Assembly: GCA_024613925.1 (NCBI GenBank)
Contig: GCA_024613925.1_4713.1
Direction: 5' to 3' (one strand)
Length of the DNA: 64,000 nt
DNA from: a phage
The translations under genes were made by a program, and so were the position numbers. The notes under the pieces are model-generated. The model worked only from the letters and a program-made list of their open reading frames with translations, did no database searches and was not told the origin of the DNA. Of this stretch, positions 52,435 through 63,557 are shown piece by piece. The stretch's first letter is position 1. The number at the start of each line of letters is the position of its first letter.

Positions 52435-53719
52435 GTACAGAAGAACCAGCCATCGTTACAGCGCAATCGGTACGCATGACAACCCCGTATGCTTCGCAGA
52501 GATTGTTATCCTGCATCCATACAACTTTAGCAGGCATGCCGGGATACAACATATCCATGTTTGCGTATTCCCACACCAACTGCATTGTTCTACCGCGTAA
52601 TCCAGCAGTATTACTTAATTCACGCCACCGGTTATCGGTTACGCGTCCCATCCCTTTCGCCACCTTCACGTTATCGCTACGCTCTTCAGTTACGTACTCG
52701 CTAACGTTTACAGTACGACTGATTATTGTATCGCCTCCTTTTGATAACGTCATTCCCTGACTCATCTGACTTGCCGAAACAAAACGCCCACCCGCATTAC
52801 CTAACAACGAAGCCGCGTTATTGATGTCGTTTACCGACGCCCCTCTCGTACATGCAATTTCCACGTATTTGTCACGATTGATCCAGGTCTTGTCCATCCC
52901 CGGAAACATATCGGCAGGATAGTTGTAAAAGATAGCCGTACGGCGACCGTCAGAGAAACGGGTTTCGTCATAGAGAGGATAAATATACAGATACGGGGAT
53001 TGGTAATAACAACCGACGTCCGCTGAATAAATACCGACCTGGTTCTGGATTTTGTCTACGAGATCCATTGCGTTGGTACCATGCGGAAGAATAAGCAACT
53101 TGAACAGGTTGTCGTTATTCGGTGCAACAATATCCACACCCTGCATTTTGAATCCGGTGTCGGCTTCAACCGCAGAAAGTATCTTGCTGAATTCGAGCCG
53201 TAACACATCCAGCACTTTCGACCCGGTATAGTTCTCACCGGTTTCTGATTGCATGAAGCTTTCAAGAACAGGATCGAACAGTTGAAATTGAAGATCGACC
53301 ATTTGTTCGTAGTCTTTCTTCGAAGAATCGGTTGCGGTACGTTCGTCGTTAGCAGACATACGACTGTCTACGGTTGTTAAACAAACCGCTCGGTAGACGT
53401 AAGCTTGTGCAGCATCGTCTACGGTTTGGCGTTGTCCGCGCATCAGGCTGTACGCCTGCACGATGATGCGCATTTTAAGTTGTTGTTGGTACGGTAGAAT
53501 GTATTTTCCGTAACTGCCTGGCGGGAACTTTACAGAGATATAAAGTTCATCTCCTGCGTTACGTTCGTAGTCTCGATACGTGTGGACTTGAGTCACTAAA
53601 GGAACAGACACCGTCATTGACGGCGTGATTAATTCCGCGGTGACTTTATACGCAACAGCAACTGCTTCCTGCGCAAATGTACCGATATACCGTCCTAACG
53701 GCGTCTGTTTGTAATCCAT
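52352..53719 (-). CDS. hypothetical protein (possible virion component)
   Basis: 455-aa ORF in a long co-oriented run of large genes. Confidence 0.5.
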   Translation of the reverse strand: MDYKQTPLGRYIGTFAQEAVAVAYKVTAELITPSMTVSVPLVTQVHTYRDYERNAGDELYISVKFPPGSYGKYILPYQQQLKMRIIVQAYSLMRGQRQTVDDAAQAYVYRAVCLTTVDSRMSANDERTATDSSKKDYEQMVDLQFQLFDPVLESFMQSETGENYTGSKVLDVLRLEFSKILSAVEADTGFKMQGVDIVAPNNDNLFKLLILPHGTNAMDLVDKIQNQVGIYSADVGCYYQSPYLYIYPLYDETRFSDGRRTAIFYNYPADMFPGMDKTWINRDKYVEIACTRGASVNDINNAASLLGNAGGRFVSASQMSQGMTLSKGGDTIISRTVNVSEYVTEERSDNVKVAKGMGRVTDNRWRELSNTAGLRGRTMQLVWEYANMDMLYPGMPAKVVWMQDNNLCEAYGVVMRTDCAVTMAGSSVREPQWTCHGTVTLWLAPEKDNTVRPTV

Positions 53720-53721
53720 GT

Positions 53722-54327
53722 TTAACGACCCCGTTGCTGTTGTTGAATGATGAATTCTTCGATCTTCGTACCACGGAATTCGCTGTGACGAACCGCTTGC
53801 AGTTGCTCTTCAACGGTTGGGCCTGCATTGAGACCACCACGACGTGCGCGGTTGATGCCGATTTTACGGCGCTGGCCGATTTCACGTAAACGTGAAGATA
53901 ATCCGCTCATTTCGGTTGGGTCTTTAATGCGACCGCGTGCAACGTTCCACAGACCACCCATGAACTCTTCGAGGATACGGCTGGCTTCGAGAGACGGTAC
54001 GCGTGCGTTAGGATCGTTTTCGAGATTGTATTTAACGTATTCCGTGTGTTCCAGAAGAAGCATGAACATCTTCATGGCGTTCACGTCAGGATTTGCGATA
54101 CGCATAGGGACACCGCGAGAATGTTTTTCAGCAGCCTGCGGTACAGTGAGCTGTGCGGGCACCTCTTCGTTCATGGCCATATCGTCGATTTCTGCGACCC
54201 CTGAAGAGTAGACACCGCTGACTTCGTTGGTGTAGTTATCCACCATGAATTTACGGGGAATCCAGAATTCGAATTTACGTTCAAATAGACGTTTGGTTGG
54301 GGTATCTTTAACGTGTTGTAGACTCAT
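53722..54327 (-). CDS. hypothetical protein
   Basis: 201-aa ORF; ATGA-type 4-nt overlap with the upstream gene. Confidence 0.45.
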   Translation of the reverse strand: MSLQHVKDTPTKRLFERKFEFWIPRKFMVDNYTNEVSGVYSSGVAEIDDMAMNEEVPAQLTVPQAAEKHSRGVPMRIANPDVNAMKMFMLLLEHTEYVKYNLENDPNARVPSLEASRILEEFMGGLWNVARGRIKDPTEMSGLSSRLREIGQRRKIGINRARRGGLNAGPTVEEQLQAVRHSEFRGTKIEEFIIQQQQRGR

Positions 54328-55640
54328 GGTTCAATAGCTCCTGCTCGTAACAGCATGATAACGAACGGTGTGAAATAATAACGATCTAGCGGAGAAAGCA
54401 ACGGTATTGCGTCAACCATCTGTTTTAGTGCTGGATGGCTGATCGCTTTCTCATCGACCATATCACGTACCATACTCTCAATGATCGTCATTGGGGCTTG
54501 ATTGCGGTAGAAAGCCTCTGTGAAAACATAGTACGGATCGTCCGCTACCGATGGAAACAACGGAACGCCGTCATACTCCATCGATGTAAGGTTGGTCACC
54601 AACGGGTTTGTCGGTGGTGTGTTTTCAGGTACAGCCAACTCTTTACCGACGTCTTCACCGAGCGACGTGGTCGCAGGCCACATACAGAACCGCGCACCAC
54701 TAAAACGAATCCCGCCTGCAGCCGGGTATTGATAGAAACGCTTTGTTGACAACAGTGTGAATTTCACCGTCAACCGCGCCTCGTCTTCCCGACGTCCGTC
54801 CATGACCCATTCATAGACAGAAATCGCATTCGCTTCCTGGCTGTCGTCTACGTTAAGACGTCCGAAGTTCCATGAAGGTTTTCCTTCAAGCGACGACCAT
54901 AATTTCGTAAACGCGTTAACGCACCAGGGGTCGTAGGTTGCAGCATCTTGACCAGGAACAAGCAGTGTGTTGAGTTCACGGCTGTAGAATTCATGGTAAT
55001 ACGCGTGACAAAGTCCCAGTGCACGACGGAGATAATCATACTTACGATTGTATTTCTCCGTTGCCATTACGGGATGTTTTCCGTGCTTTAACTGGTCTTG
55101 GTCGTATAGTGTATCCTCAACGATTTTCGCTTCCAGTTCGATAAGCTGTTTTTCGTCAAGAATACGTTGGAAGGAAATATCGCATTCGTAAGCCGGTGCT
55201 AAGCTGATGTTCTTCGGCGTGATTCGGGTGATCGTGTACACCGCGATACGATGATCGAGACCGGAGATTAACAGCATGTTACCTAAAAGAGGAACCGATA
55301 CCGCCGGAAGTACACATGTACCCTCTGATTGAAAACGTGCGGTACCGTTGTCATACGACGGCGTCAATGATGACATTAACTTGATAGGGTAATGTCTGAT
55401 GCGGCGGTACTGCTGTTCAGCGATGTCGCGGTTAGCCTGAAAACTGCTTTGTTCATCATCACGACCGAGAATCTGTTCGTAATAATCGCATTCTACGGAA
55501 TAACCGGATGCGTAATTCACCAGTCCGATTTGACTATTGTATTGCTCATCCACCACCGCAGAACGATAAACATCGTCGCGAGCCTTCGCGGGCTGTTGGG
55601 GGTTGATGATGGGTTTCGCGGGCTTCTTAGCGAGCGCCAT
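54324..55640 (-). CDS. hypothetical protein
   Basis: 438-aa ORF; 14-nt overlap with the upstream gene. Confidence 0.5.
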   Translation of the reverse strand: MALAKKPAKPIINPQQPAKARDDVYRSAVVDEQYNSQIGLVNYASGYSVECDYYEQILGRDDEQSSFQANRDIAEQQYRRIRHYPIKLMSSLTPSYDNGTARFQSEGTCVLPAVSVPLLGNMLLISGLDHRIAVYTITRITPKNISLAPAYECDISFQRILDEKQLIELEAKIVEDTLYDQDQLKHGKHPVMATEKYNRKYDYLRRALGLCHAYYHEFYSRELNTLLVPGQDAATYDPWCVNAFTKLWSSLEGKPSWNFGRLNVDDSQEANAISVYEWVMDGRREDEARLTVKFTLLSTKRFYQYPAAGGIRFSGARFCMWPATTSLGEDVGKELAVPENTPPTNPLVTNLTSMEYDGVPLFPSVADDPYYVFTEAFYRNQAPMTIIESMVRDMVDEKAISHPALKQMVDAIPLLSPLDRYYFTPFVIMLLRAGAIEP

Positions 55641-57219
55641 AGCGTTTCACTCCTACGATGGTACCGACAAGAATTCTCGGCACGAATAAACTACGATGTT
55701 TGAACCACGAAGCGGTTGTTGGGATACGTTTGATGGCTTCGATAAGCCCGATTAGCGTATAGCATCCCCGACTGTTCTTCTTAGGCCAGTACTTTTTATC
55801 TAAACCTAATACCGCAAACAGTTCATCCACCAGATTGGGATAACAACACAACGCTTCAAGTGTTTCAACCTGTAACTGACTTAAATCTAACAGTATCGCT
55901 AGACGAACGTGGTAATCACTCCGTAAGTCTAACGGATCTTTCGCTTCAAGATCACCAACATCGGTTAATGTCCACGCGTCTCTTGCGTAGCGGTATTTAC
56001 CCTTCCAAACCTCAAGGAAAAAAGGAGACTGGTAATGGCATTTTGACCATTCCGGGTACTCACGGAACCACCGAACAAGATCGGGATGGAATTCACCTTC
56101 TTCGGCTAACGAGTCCAACGTCACCAACAGGTTAGGTTGTTCAGGATCGATAGCAAGCAGTGCGGTGAAAAGCGTGCTTGATGGAAGCTCGGTCTCCACG
56201 CTCGATGGAGGCAGCCATTCATCCAAATCGGGATACCGATACGCTTGAATCGACGCACCTTGTTCCGGCAAGAACGAATCACGAAGAATGTCCTGATACT
56301 GCACCACCATACCACCACGACGCGCACGGGATTTATCGCGCACCGAGAGGCTTGGTTTGTAAAGGTACTCTTCGGGGAGTATCTGTTGGTGTACTTGAAC
56401 AGGATACCGTGCTACGATGTGTGTTGGTGTGTCGTACGTGTAACGGTAAGAGAAGGTTGCGTTGTACGAAGAACTGTTCTCGTTCTTCTCTGGCTTCGGA
56501 GCGTCGGTGAAATCAAATTGACCAGAGATCTCTTCTTGCATTTCCCTGATAACCAATTTAACGCTCTTACCGTCACCGGCAACTGTCGTCATGGTGGTTG
56601 CACGGTTGTCGAACCCGTCTCTAAGGTATTCGCTGAACTTATCCCCGTAACCCGCTAATGCTTCTCGGTGTGTGTGAATAACTTTTAACAGCATGAGAAA
56701 CTGTGTTGGGATCGCATAGCTGTATTCAGCGCTAAGAAAGGCAGCGACGTGCTGGCTTGTCAGCAAACGTTTCATGTCATACCACCAACGTTCGGCAGTG
56801 ACCTGATCTTCGAACCGTTTGGTGATCTGCATGGTTGCAACCATCGTACTGTAAACAGGTACCAGCGATACACCAAGGTTACGGTCTTCAAATACGGGAA
56901 GACTGTTTCGTTTGTAAACGGTATCGTACATAGAGGCCTGTTCTTCAGGGACAATGTTAAGTTCAATTTGGATAAACCCGTCAGCAGGCCCTTTTACATC
57001 CTGATCAACAACTTGCGGCGGTTGCTCGTTCGCAGCGCTCATTTTAGCGTGAAGCGCTTCCCCTCGAAAAAGAATGTTCTCCCGATTATAATCCCACCCG
57101 CAAAGCTCGCTGATCTGCCGTAACACCGCGATTGCAACCGGACGTGTTACCGTCGCGTATACGTCATTGATTTTTCGATCAAGTTTAGGCATCGGTGTCG
57201 TCCTCGCTAATTTCCTCAC
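55627..57219 (-). CDS. hypothetical protein
   Basis: 530-aa ORF; alternative start at about 57192. Confidence 0.5.
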   Translation of the reverse strand: MRKLARTTPMPKLDRKINDVYATVTRPVAIAVLRQISELCGWDYNRENILFRGEALHAKMSAANEQPPQVVDQDVKGPADGFIQIELNIVPEEQASMYDTVYKRNSLPVFEDRNLGVSLVPVYSTMVATMQITKRFEDQVTAERWWYDMKRLLTSQHVAAFLSAEYSYAIPTQFLMLLKVIHTHREALAGYGDKFSEYLRDGFDNRATTMTTVAGDGKSVKLVIREMQEEISGQFDFTDAPKPEKNENSSSYNATFSYRYTYDTPTHIVARYPVQVHQQILPEEYLYKPSLSVRDKSRARRGGMVVQYQDILRDSFLPEQGASIQAYRYPDLDEWLPPSSVETELPSSTLFTALLAIDPEQPNLLVTLDSLAEEGEFHPDLVRWFREYPEWSKCHYQSPFFLEVWKGKYRYARDAWTLTDVGDLEAKDPLDLRSDYHVRLAILLDLSQLQVETLEALCCYPNLVDELFAVLGLDKKYWPKKNSRGCYTLIGLIEAIKRIPTTASWFKHRSLFVPRILVGTIVGVKRYGAR

Positions 57220-57568
57220 CTCCTTGTTGTCGATATCCGGTATAATGAATCAGACTGCTCTGTAGAAGCTCTTTAACGAGCCCTAGACGCGTTTTATCTG
57301 TTTCATTGGACGTTTCCATTAATGTTTCTATTTCGTTGTTTAAAACAGCGTATAGCGCTTCTAACGGCAATCCTTGGATGATTGGTTTGATGGTACCTTC
57401 CGGTAGTGCCGCAACAGGAATCTGCACGACGGTTTCATGTGCGGTATGTGGGTTGATACGGCAAATATACATACCGGGTACTGAATGTCGCGGGCACGCC
57501 GCTACCAAGCATGTCTGTTGCTGCGCACCGTTAAGTGCGAGTGAAAGAAATTTTGCTTCACGTGTCAT
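57185..57568 (-). CDS. hypothetical protein
   Basis: 127-aa ORF. Confidence 0.4.
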   Translation of the reverse strand: MTREAKFLSLALNGAQQQTCLVAACPRHSVPGMYICRINPHTAHETVVQIPVAALPEGTIKPIIQGLPLEALYAVLNNEIETLMETSNETDKTRLGLVKELLQSSLIHYTGYRQQGGEEISEDDTDA

Positions 57569-57619
57569 CGCAGATTCCTGTTTGAAAGATAAGATATCAC
57601 ATGATGGTCGACAGCATAA

Positions 57620-57641
57620 AGCCCACCCCGAAGGGCGGGCT
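57620..57641 (-). terminator. GC-rich hairpin after the 1128-aa gene (possible terminator)
   Basis: agcccaccc-cgaa-gggcgggct (8 of 9 bp); weak U-run on either strand. Confidence 0.4.
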
Positions 57642-57656
57642 GTTTATGCGTACGGA

Positions 57657-60600
57657 TTACTTGTAGGCACCGCAATGGGCTTTGATGAGGAAAAGCACCG
57701 CTTGCATCGGTTTATTGAACTGTTGCCATAACGTCAATGCCGGATGGAACAACCAATCTTCCAGGCCAAGAACAATGCCGTAGTTAATGACATTATTAAC
57801 ATCGTTCTCAATGTTGAATTCGCTATCCAGGAATTTATCGATTGAACGCAGGGTCTGCATGGCGTTGTCAGCAATAAGCCAAGCTTCATGCGCTTCACGA
57901 GCCGCACGCAGCACTGCCTCCAGTTCGCTGATAGTAGCTACCGGTAATTCCTCACTGGTGAGGTCGTCAGAAACCGTAAACTGGCGATTGATACCGGTGT
58001 AGATCCACTGCATCAGTTTCGCTGCTTCCTCGTTCGGGTTGTTACGCGTTGTCGCATAAGTCGCGCTCACCTTCACGATGTGCGTTTCACCAAGATACGC
58101 TTTGGAACCAACGCCTTTACGATCGCTGTTTTTCCACGGTTGTACGGTAGCGACCATGAGCTTGTCCCATTTCTGAATAGGAATACGCTTCAGACCAACA
58201 ACCGATCCAGCGGATGTTTCGGACTGGTTGCTCTTCCGCACTTCGCTGAGTTCACGATCGATAGCAACGATTAATTCACGCGTCATGTTACCAAGCATTT
58301 TGATTTCACCCAACGCAGCGATGAGCTTCTTCACATCGGTAACAGGTTCACCACCGATGGTAAGATGACGGATGAAACGTTTCAGAATAATCCGTTCCGC
58401 TGCTGGGTTACCGCGACGCGCTTTAGCCAATGCTTGCTGCGTTTCGGCGAACAGCTTATCCCATGGAGCCGTAGCGGCGGTATAGTAACGGTGGTTGGTT
58501 TCAATCCAGTTACCGATACGGTTGACCGCACTCTTAACGGTATCCATGAATCCTTCCATCGCAATTTCGGTAGCTTCGACGTTACCCTGGAAGTTATCAG
58601 GACCGATCTCACGTGCCGCTACCAGAATACCTTCCACAGCACTCACCGCATGGCGACCGATAGCCAGATTTCGCTGCGCTTCTTCAGCTCGCTCAACGAA
58701 TTCCACCACCGCAGGATCATCAACGATTTCCGCCTCAGCAACAACACGTGTACCGGCATCGCCTTCCAGCGTCTCGATCGTTACAACAGGATCGTTTTCA
58801 CCAGCAACATCCTGGTACTCTTCCTGTTTAAGATCACCGTTATCTGCCGCAGCGATAGCGTTCATTATGCGGATGGTGACCTCACCAAGTTCTTGCGAAA
58901 CGAATCCATAAACGGTGCAAGCAGTCGTTGCGAAGTTCATCAATGTGCGCGTACGCTGCGTGATGTAACGTGCGCCGGATTCGTTTTCCAGTTTATCGAG
59001 ATCCCGGATTAACTGCTCGGCTGTTTCTTGAAGCTGTGTTACCGCCTTCAAGAGATCTTCGTCGAACAGTTTCTTCGATGCATCAACTAACATATCAGCA
59101 TTGACGTTGGATGGTACCGTATCGCCTTGCTGTTTCATCTCGCTCAGCTCATCGCGGAACTTACGGATACCTTCTAAAGCGTCGTCAACGGAATATCCGA
59201 ATGCCTTAACGCCCGCCATTCCGAGAGCTGCTTTCATATCGCCAGGATGTTGAACTTGCTCGCCTTCCTTGCTGTTCTTTAACTCATCGAAATATTGACG
59301 TGATGCGTCCGCAATACGCTTGCTGTCTTTTACTGCGTTAACGATCTTATCAACCGATTTCGAATCGTTTGCAAGTAACGTGTCAAGCTTGTTCCATGCA
59401 ACATCAACTTTCTTCCCGTTGTTAGCCTCGCCCGGCGGTGGAAGCAGCTTCATCACTGGTGTTGTGCGTTGTTCTTTGGTGAGCTTACCAGCTTTCTCTT
59501 CGATTTTCTTTTTATTAACACCGAAAAGTTTTCTTAGGCGCGCCACGATGGCTTTTAAGAACTTCACAACCGCTTCGTAAACCGACTTCAGAATCTGTTT
59601 AAAGCGACCGGGTTTCTTGTCACCGTCTTCCAGATTAAGATCGCTGTTCAGTGCGACATCAAGCTGTTTGTACGATTCCATGATGTATTCGTCTTTGATT
59701 TCAGGACGAATCTCGAAGCTTTCCATCGGACCTTCAGCCGGACGGAATTCCATTTTCAGTTCGCCTTGCAGAGTAGGGTCGACGATGGCGATTGCTTCAC
59801 CCTGACCATCAGCGTTAAAGCGTTCAGCGTAACGAGTACGGCGAACAATAACGCTCTTATCCCCATCAAGACGACGTACCACCATGGTACCAGGAATGTA
59901 TGGTTGTTCTGTTTCAATGACGGTTACATCTGCCTCACCTTCACCGAGAATAACAGATGCGCGCTGCTCAACAACAGGAACATCTAACACACCACGGGCT
60001 TCCAGCTCTTGATGAATTTCGAACGACTCTTGTTTCAGATCTTCATCTTCTTCGTTTTCGTCGTCCTCATCATCGTCACCTTCGGTGTTTTCATCACCCT
60101 CGGTGGTTGTGTCGTCGGTGGCACCAGCGTCAGCGTCGGTGTTAGCAGGTTCTTCGGACGCAGGTTCGGTGGTGTTGTCCTCCGTGGACGACCCGTCAGT
60201 GTTATCGACATCAACATCACCTTGCAGTTCTGTTTCCTGAGCAACTGCTTCGGCTTTCTGCTCACCGGTATTACCGTCATTAGCGTCGACAACAGGTTGT
60301 TCGTCAGCGACGGTATCTTCAACCTTTTCTACTTTCTCCACGACACGTTTAATCACGGTGACTTTGATGGGTTCTTCCGTTGTTTTGGTTTCTGGCGTCA
60401 CCTCGGCTGCCGCAGCCGCTGTTTCAGCAATAGGTTCTGCTTTTTCCGGTTCGACGACATTACCCTTAACACCTTCGGTGGTTTCTGCAGGTTGCGCTGC
60501 CTGTTCGATTTGTGCCGGATTGGTTGGATCGATGGCATTAGCCGCATCCTGAATCTTGTTCTTCAGATTGTCGCGGTCAGCGCTAACGGTTGGGTCATTG

Positions 60601-61043
60601 GTTACTTTCGGTGCCGGTGTTTCGGTCGGTGCGTTTGCCGGATACGGGTTCTTCGGCTCTTCGCCAGGTGCGGTCGGTACCGCGATCAGAACGAACGGTT
60701 GAACGTCGTTACCGTCTTCCATGGTTACACCGCCGTTGCTCGGTGTGAAACGAATTCGCAAACTACCATCGATAGGACGGGTCACGATAACAGCACGCAC
60801 GACATCCTCACCGTTCTCATCCGTGCTACGAATCACGCGAACGGCATCATCAACGGTAGCCCCTTCCTCGAGCGTATCTGATTCGATCGTCGCTTCGATG
60901 CTGTCTGGCCGTGCCGCTGTAGGTAATGCGATCACTTGCTCTTCTTTATCAGTAGAAAGCGTTGCTTTGACTTCGATAGGTGTATCGCTGCTTTCCAGGT
61001 TAAGATGCGACTTACGCATCAGATCAGCTAACGATTTTTTCAT
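57657..61043 (-). CDS. very large protein with acidic low-complexity segment (candidate virion protein)
   Basis: 1128 aa; D/E-rich stretch TEGDENTEGDDDEDDENEEDEDL near residues 300..330; helical-looking composition; long antisense ORFs overlap it. Confidence 0.55.
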   Translation of the reverse strand: MKKSLADLMRKSHLNLESSDTPIEVKATLSTDKEEQVIALPTAARPDSIEATIESDTLEEGATVDDAVRVIRSTDENGEDVVRAVIVTRPIDGSLRIRFTPSNGGVTMEDGNDVQPFVLIAVPTAPGEEPKNPYPANAPTETPAPKVTNDPTVSADRDNLKNKIQDAANAIDPTNPAQIEQAAQPAETTEGVKGNVVEPEKAEPIAETAAAAAEVTPETKTTEEPIKVTVIKRVVEKVEKVEDTVADEQPVVDANDGNTGEQKAEAVAQETELQGDVDVDNTDGSSTEDNTTEPASEEPANTDADAGATDDTTTEGDENTEGDDDEDDENEEDEDLKQESFEIHQELEARGVLDVPVVEQRASVILGEGEADVTVIETEQPYIPGTMVVRRLDGDKSVIVRRTRYAERFNADGQGEAIAIVDPTLQGELKMEFRPAEGPMESFEIRPEIKDEYIMESYKQLDVALNSDLNLEDGDKKPGRFKQILKSVYEAVVKFLKAIVARLRKLFGVNKKKIEEKAGKLTKEQRTTPVMKLLPPPGEANNGKKVDVAWNKLDTLLANDSKSVDKIVNAVKDSKRIADASRQYFDELKNSKEGEQVQHPGDMKAALGMAGVKAFGYSVDDALEGIRKFRDELSEMKQQGDTVPSNVNADMLVDASKKLFDEDLLKAVTQLQETAEQLIRDLDKLENESGARYITQRTRTLMNFATTACTVYGFVSQELGEVTIRIMNAIAAADNGDLKQEEYQDVAGENDPVVTIETLEGDAGTRVVAEAEIVDDPAVVEFVERAEEAQRNLAIGRHAVSAVEGILVAAREIGPDNFQGNVEATEIAMEGFMDTVKSAVNRIGNWIETNHRYYTAATAPWDKLFAETQQALAKARRGNPAAERIILKRFIRHLTIGGEPVTDVKKLIAALGEIKMLGNMTRELIVAIDRELSEVRKSNQSETSAGSVVGLKRIPIQKWDKLMVATVQPWKNSDRKGVGSKAYLGETHIVKVSATYATTRNNPNEEAAKLMQWIYTGINRQFTVSDDLTSEELPVATISELEAVLRAAREAHEAWLIADNAMQTLRSIDKFLDSEFNIENDVNNVINYGIVLGLEDWLFHPALTLWQQFNKPMQAVLFLIKAHCGAYK

Positions 61044-61058
61044 AAAGCGTTATTCCTC

Positions 61059-62216
61059 TTAAAAGTAATATTTCAGCGCCTCGCGAGAGACATCAAGCAT
61101 AGCCGCTGTTGAATTCGTAAAGAACTCGGCATAGCCCACAAGCGGCACCTTGATCCACGCGGTATACGCTGTAAGGTATCGAGAAAGGGCTACCATAGCA
61201 TCATCAGAAGCAGTAGTAACTGACAACTGACCTTGTTGACGATAAACGTCGTTAAGTTTTGCTTGTAGATTCCCCGCAATTTCGAGTAACTCGTTGGCGT
61301 ACTTTTTACGATGGTAACTAACCAGTAAATCAACACCCTTATTCACAGACTCGAGCAGAATACCAACTTGTTCTAATGTTGGCATTGTAACCACCATATC
61401 CCGTTCAACGGACGGTACATCCTGGACTTCAAACCGTGCGGATTGAATAGCAAGGGACTGTTGAATTGAACCAGAACCTGATGTGGTAACCTGATCGAGT
61501 CGCAGCATACGGTTGCCCAGTAACGTTACGTTGACGAGTCTCGATTCGTTCAGCGTACTGTAGACTTTATGCAATAACGTGTACGCATCACGGTTAATCA
61601 CATCGATTAATGCGGTATCCGTCTGTTTTAAGATAATGTCGAGCGCTCGATCTAACGTATTAGCGAACTGCTTGAAATCATTACGGAACGACGAAGACAA
61701 GAGATATTCAGCGATCGCTAAATTCTGCTTGTATAACGTATTCCCGGTTGTGAAATCGAACCCAAAACTGTTTCCATACCGTAGGTGCGGAGCCAGCGTT
61801 GACGAAGCTTCGAAGCTTTGCGCGATGGGTTTACGACCAACGGCTTTTGTGTAATGACGACGGATGTTACTGAGTTCGAGTTGTAGTGCGCGACTACGAT
61901 CGATAAACCGTGCGATAAACGCGGTAATGTTCCGCAACGTTGTCCAGATTGCATCGATGATAGCTTTGATGATTTTCATCGCAAGCTGATCGTACGATTC
62001 CATTGTGAGGAGATCAGCACTTTCTGTGGTATAACTGGTTGCTGGAATACCGCCTGCTTGCTGATAAATAAGCTGGTGAATTTGTCGTTGCGTTGCTGTC
62101 TCTGGCACAGGTAATGTTTTTAACAAGCTTAACGCTTGAATCTGTCCATCATAGGTCTGCAGCATTGCTGGTTTCCTCAAGTTCGAGATGCGCGTCAAGA
62201 TAATCATTAAGACCAT
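61059..62216 (-). CDS. hypothetical protein
   Basis: 385-aa ORF; likely true start MLQTYDGQ (62165) with GAGGAAA upstream, reducing the overlap with the upstream gene to about 17 nt. Confidence 0.5.
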   Translation of the reverse strand: MVLMIILTRISNLRKPAMLQTYDGQIQALSLLKTLPVPETATQRQIHQLIYQQAGGIPATSYTTESADLLTMESYDQLAMKIIKAIIDAIWTTLRNITAFIARFIDRSRALQLELSNIRRHYTKAVGRKPIAQSFEASSTLAPHLRYGNSFGFDFTTGNTLYKQNLAIAEYLLSSSFRNDFKQFANTLDRALDIILKQTDTALIDVINRDAYTLLHKVYSTLNESRLVNVTLLGNRMLRLDQVTTSGSGSIQQSLAIQSARFEVQDVPSVERDMVVTMPTLEQVGILLESVNKGVDLLVSYHRKKYANELLEIAGNLQAKLNDVYRQQGQLSVTTASDDAMVALSRYLTAYTAWIKVPLVGYAEFFTNSTAAMLDVSREALKYYF

Positions 62217-63450
62217 CGATGACGTCGCAGACAGTTAACAGGAATCGGGCAAAAGCAACCGCCTGGAAGCCGACGACGTTACGCGCGATACCTACACGTT
62301 GAACGATAGCGGATGCTGCGGTATCGCTGTTATCCATCTGTTGTAGCAAACGCTCGTAAGGTTGAATCCATTCGTCCTGGTCGGCAAGGCTTGCTTCAAG
62401 ACAACGCTTAAATTCCAACTGTCGTAACGTCGACCATAACGTACTTAATGCGTTGATGATCGCGCTGGTTCCGTCGATAACATCGTTTAACGGCAAGAAA
62501 CGGAATCCGTCTTTTGCTGATTGGAAAGATACGGCTTCCCACACAACGCTGAATTGCGTTCCTGTTGCGTCTTCGATGTTGTGTAATTTAAGATAGGAAG
62601 CACCAACAGGTACGTCAACGACCAGATCGTCTGTTCCGGTAGGCGTTAACGGCTTCTCGCATAACGCATCGTTGATGACCTCGAGAATATTCTCCCAACA
62701 GGCTTCGTTTTCTGCAGCGATACCTTCTTTGTTATCCGCTGATGGTGCTTTTAGTAGCTGCATTAATAACGGATCAAGTTGACGATGCCATGCTGCGAGG
62801 ATTCCTGTGTTCGTTACGATGTTTTCTGCGGTTTGTCGTAGATCAGCAATACTGCTTACGGCACCGCCTTTCGGATGAAGATATCGCCAGTTGTAGGGAA
62901 AGTTCTCCCAGAATGCGTTATCTTCATTAACATCGTATTCGGAAATAGTTTTCAACGCAGCCGCTTTCTTTAATAACGGCTTCACCTGACGAACGAATCG
63001 ACGATGACAACGATTGCAGATATCGATCGCGTAGCGGTACAATTCGTTCATGTAAAGCCATAATGCTCGGGTTGCTTCTTTTGCGGTCTTGTCAAAACTT
63101 TCCATGTTCAAGCTCATCCCGCCGGAAGTTTCCTCTTCCAGACCCTCGATGATGTGGTTTGGATCCATTCCCATTCCGGCTGCTGCGGTCGATGCGATAT
63201 GTTTGATCGTGCTGATATCGCGTTCTTCAACTTCAGCCATGTTTGGGACAATATCCAGCCTGAGTTTATTTAATGTTTGAAGGTGTTGTTCACCTTCTTT
63301 CATCACCGTGTTTGTTTCGTCGATTGAGTGAAACTGGTTCTCAATATTACTGGCATCGAGAATGTTGCCAGCGATACCGAACGATTCTACAGGTTCATCA
63401 TCAATCCCTTGAAACAACGATGTCATGGGTTGTTGTAACACGTTTTCCAT
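62149..63450 (-). CDS. hypothetical protein
   Basis: 433-aa ORF. Confidence 0.5.
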   Translation of the reverse strand: MENVLQQPMTSLFQGIDDEPVESFGIAGNILDASNIENQFHSIDETNTVMKEGEQHLQTLNKLRLDIVPNMAEVEERDISTIKHIASTAAAGMGMDPNHIIEGLEEETSGGMSLNMESFDKTAKEATRALWLYMNELYRYAIDICNRCHRRFVRQVKPLLKKAAALKTISEYDVNEDNAFWENFPYNWRYLHPKGGAVSSIADLRQTAENIVTNTGILAAWHRQLDPLLMQLLKAPSADNKEGIAAENEACWENILEVINDALCEKPLTPTGTDDLVVDVPVGASYLKLHNIEDATGTQFSVVWEAVSFQSAKDGFRFLPLNDVIDGTSAIINALSTLWSTLRQLEFKRCLEASLADQDEWIQPYERLLQQMDNSDTAASAIVQRVGIARNVVGFQAVAFARFLLTVCDVIDGLNDYLDAHLELEETSNAADL

Positions 63451-63557
63451 TTGGGACTCCTACGTAGGAAAATCTTGGCGGGTGATCATGTCCGCCATTT
63501 ACCTTCTGAACCGTTGATTCAGAAGTCAAAAGATAACCGGATACCAACGCCATAAAA

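Noticed and set aside
58365-60881. Plus-strand ORFs 58365..59012, 58495..58911, 60009..60881 and others inside the 1128-aa gene
   Set aside because: All are antisense to a long, consistently coding minus-strand gene; their compositions (Cys/Phe/Arg-rich, repetitive) look non-protein-like.
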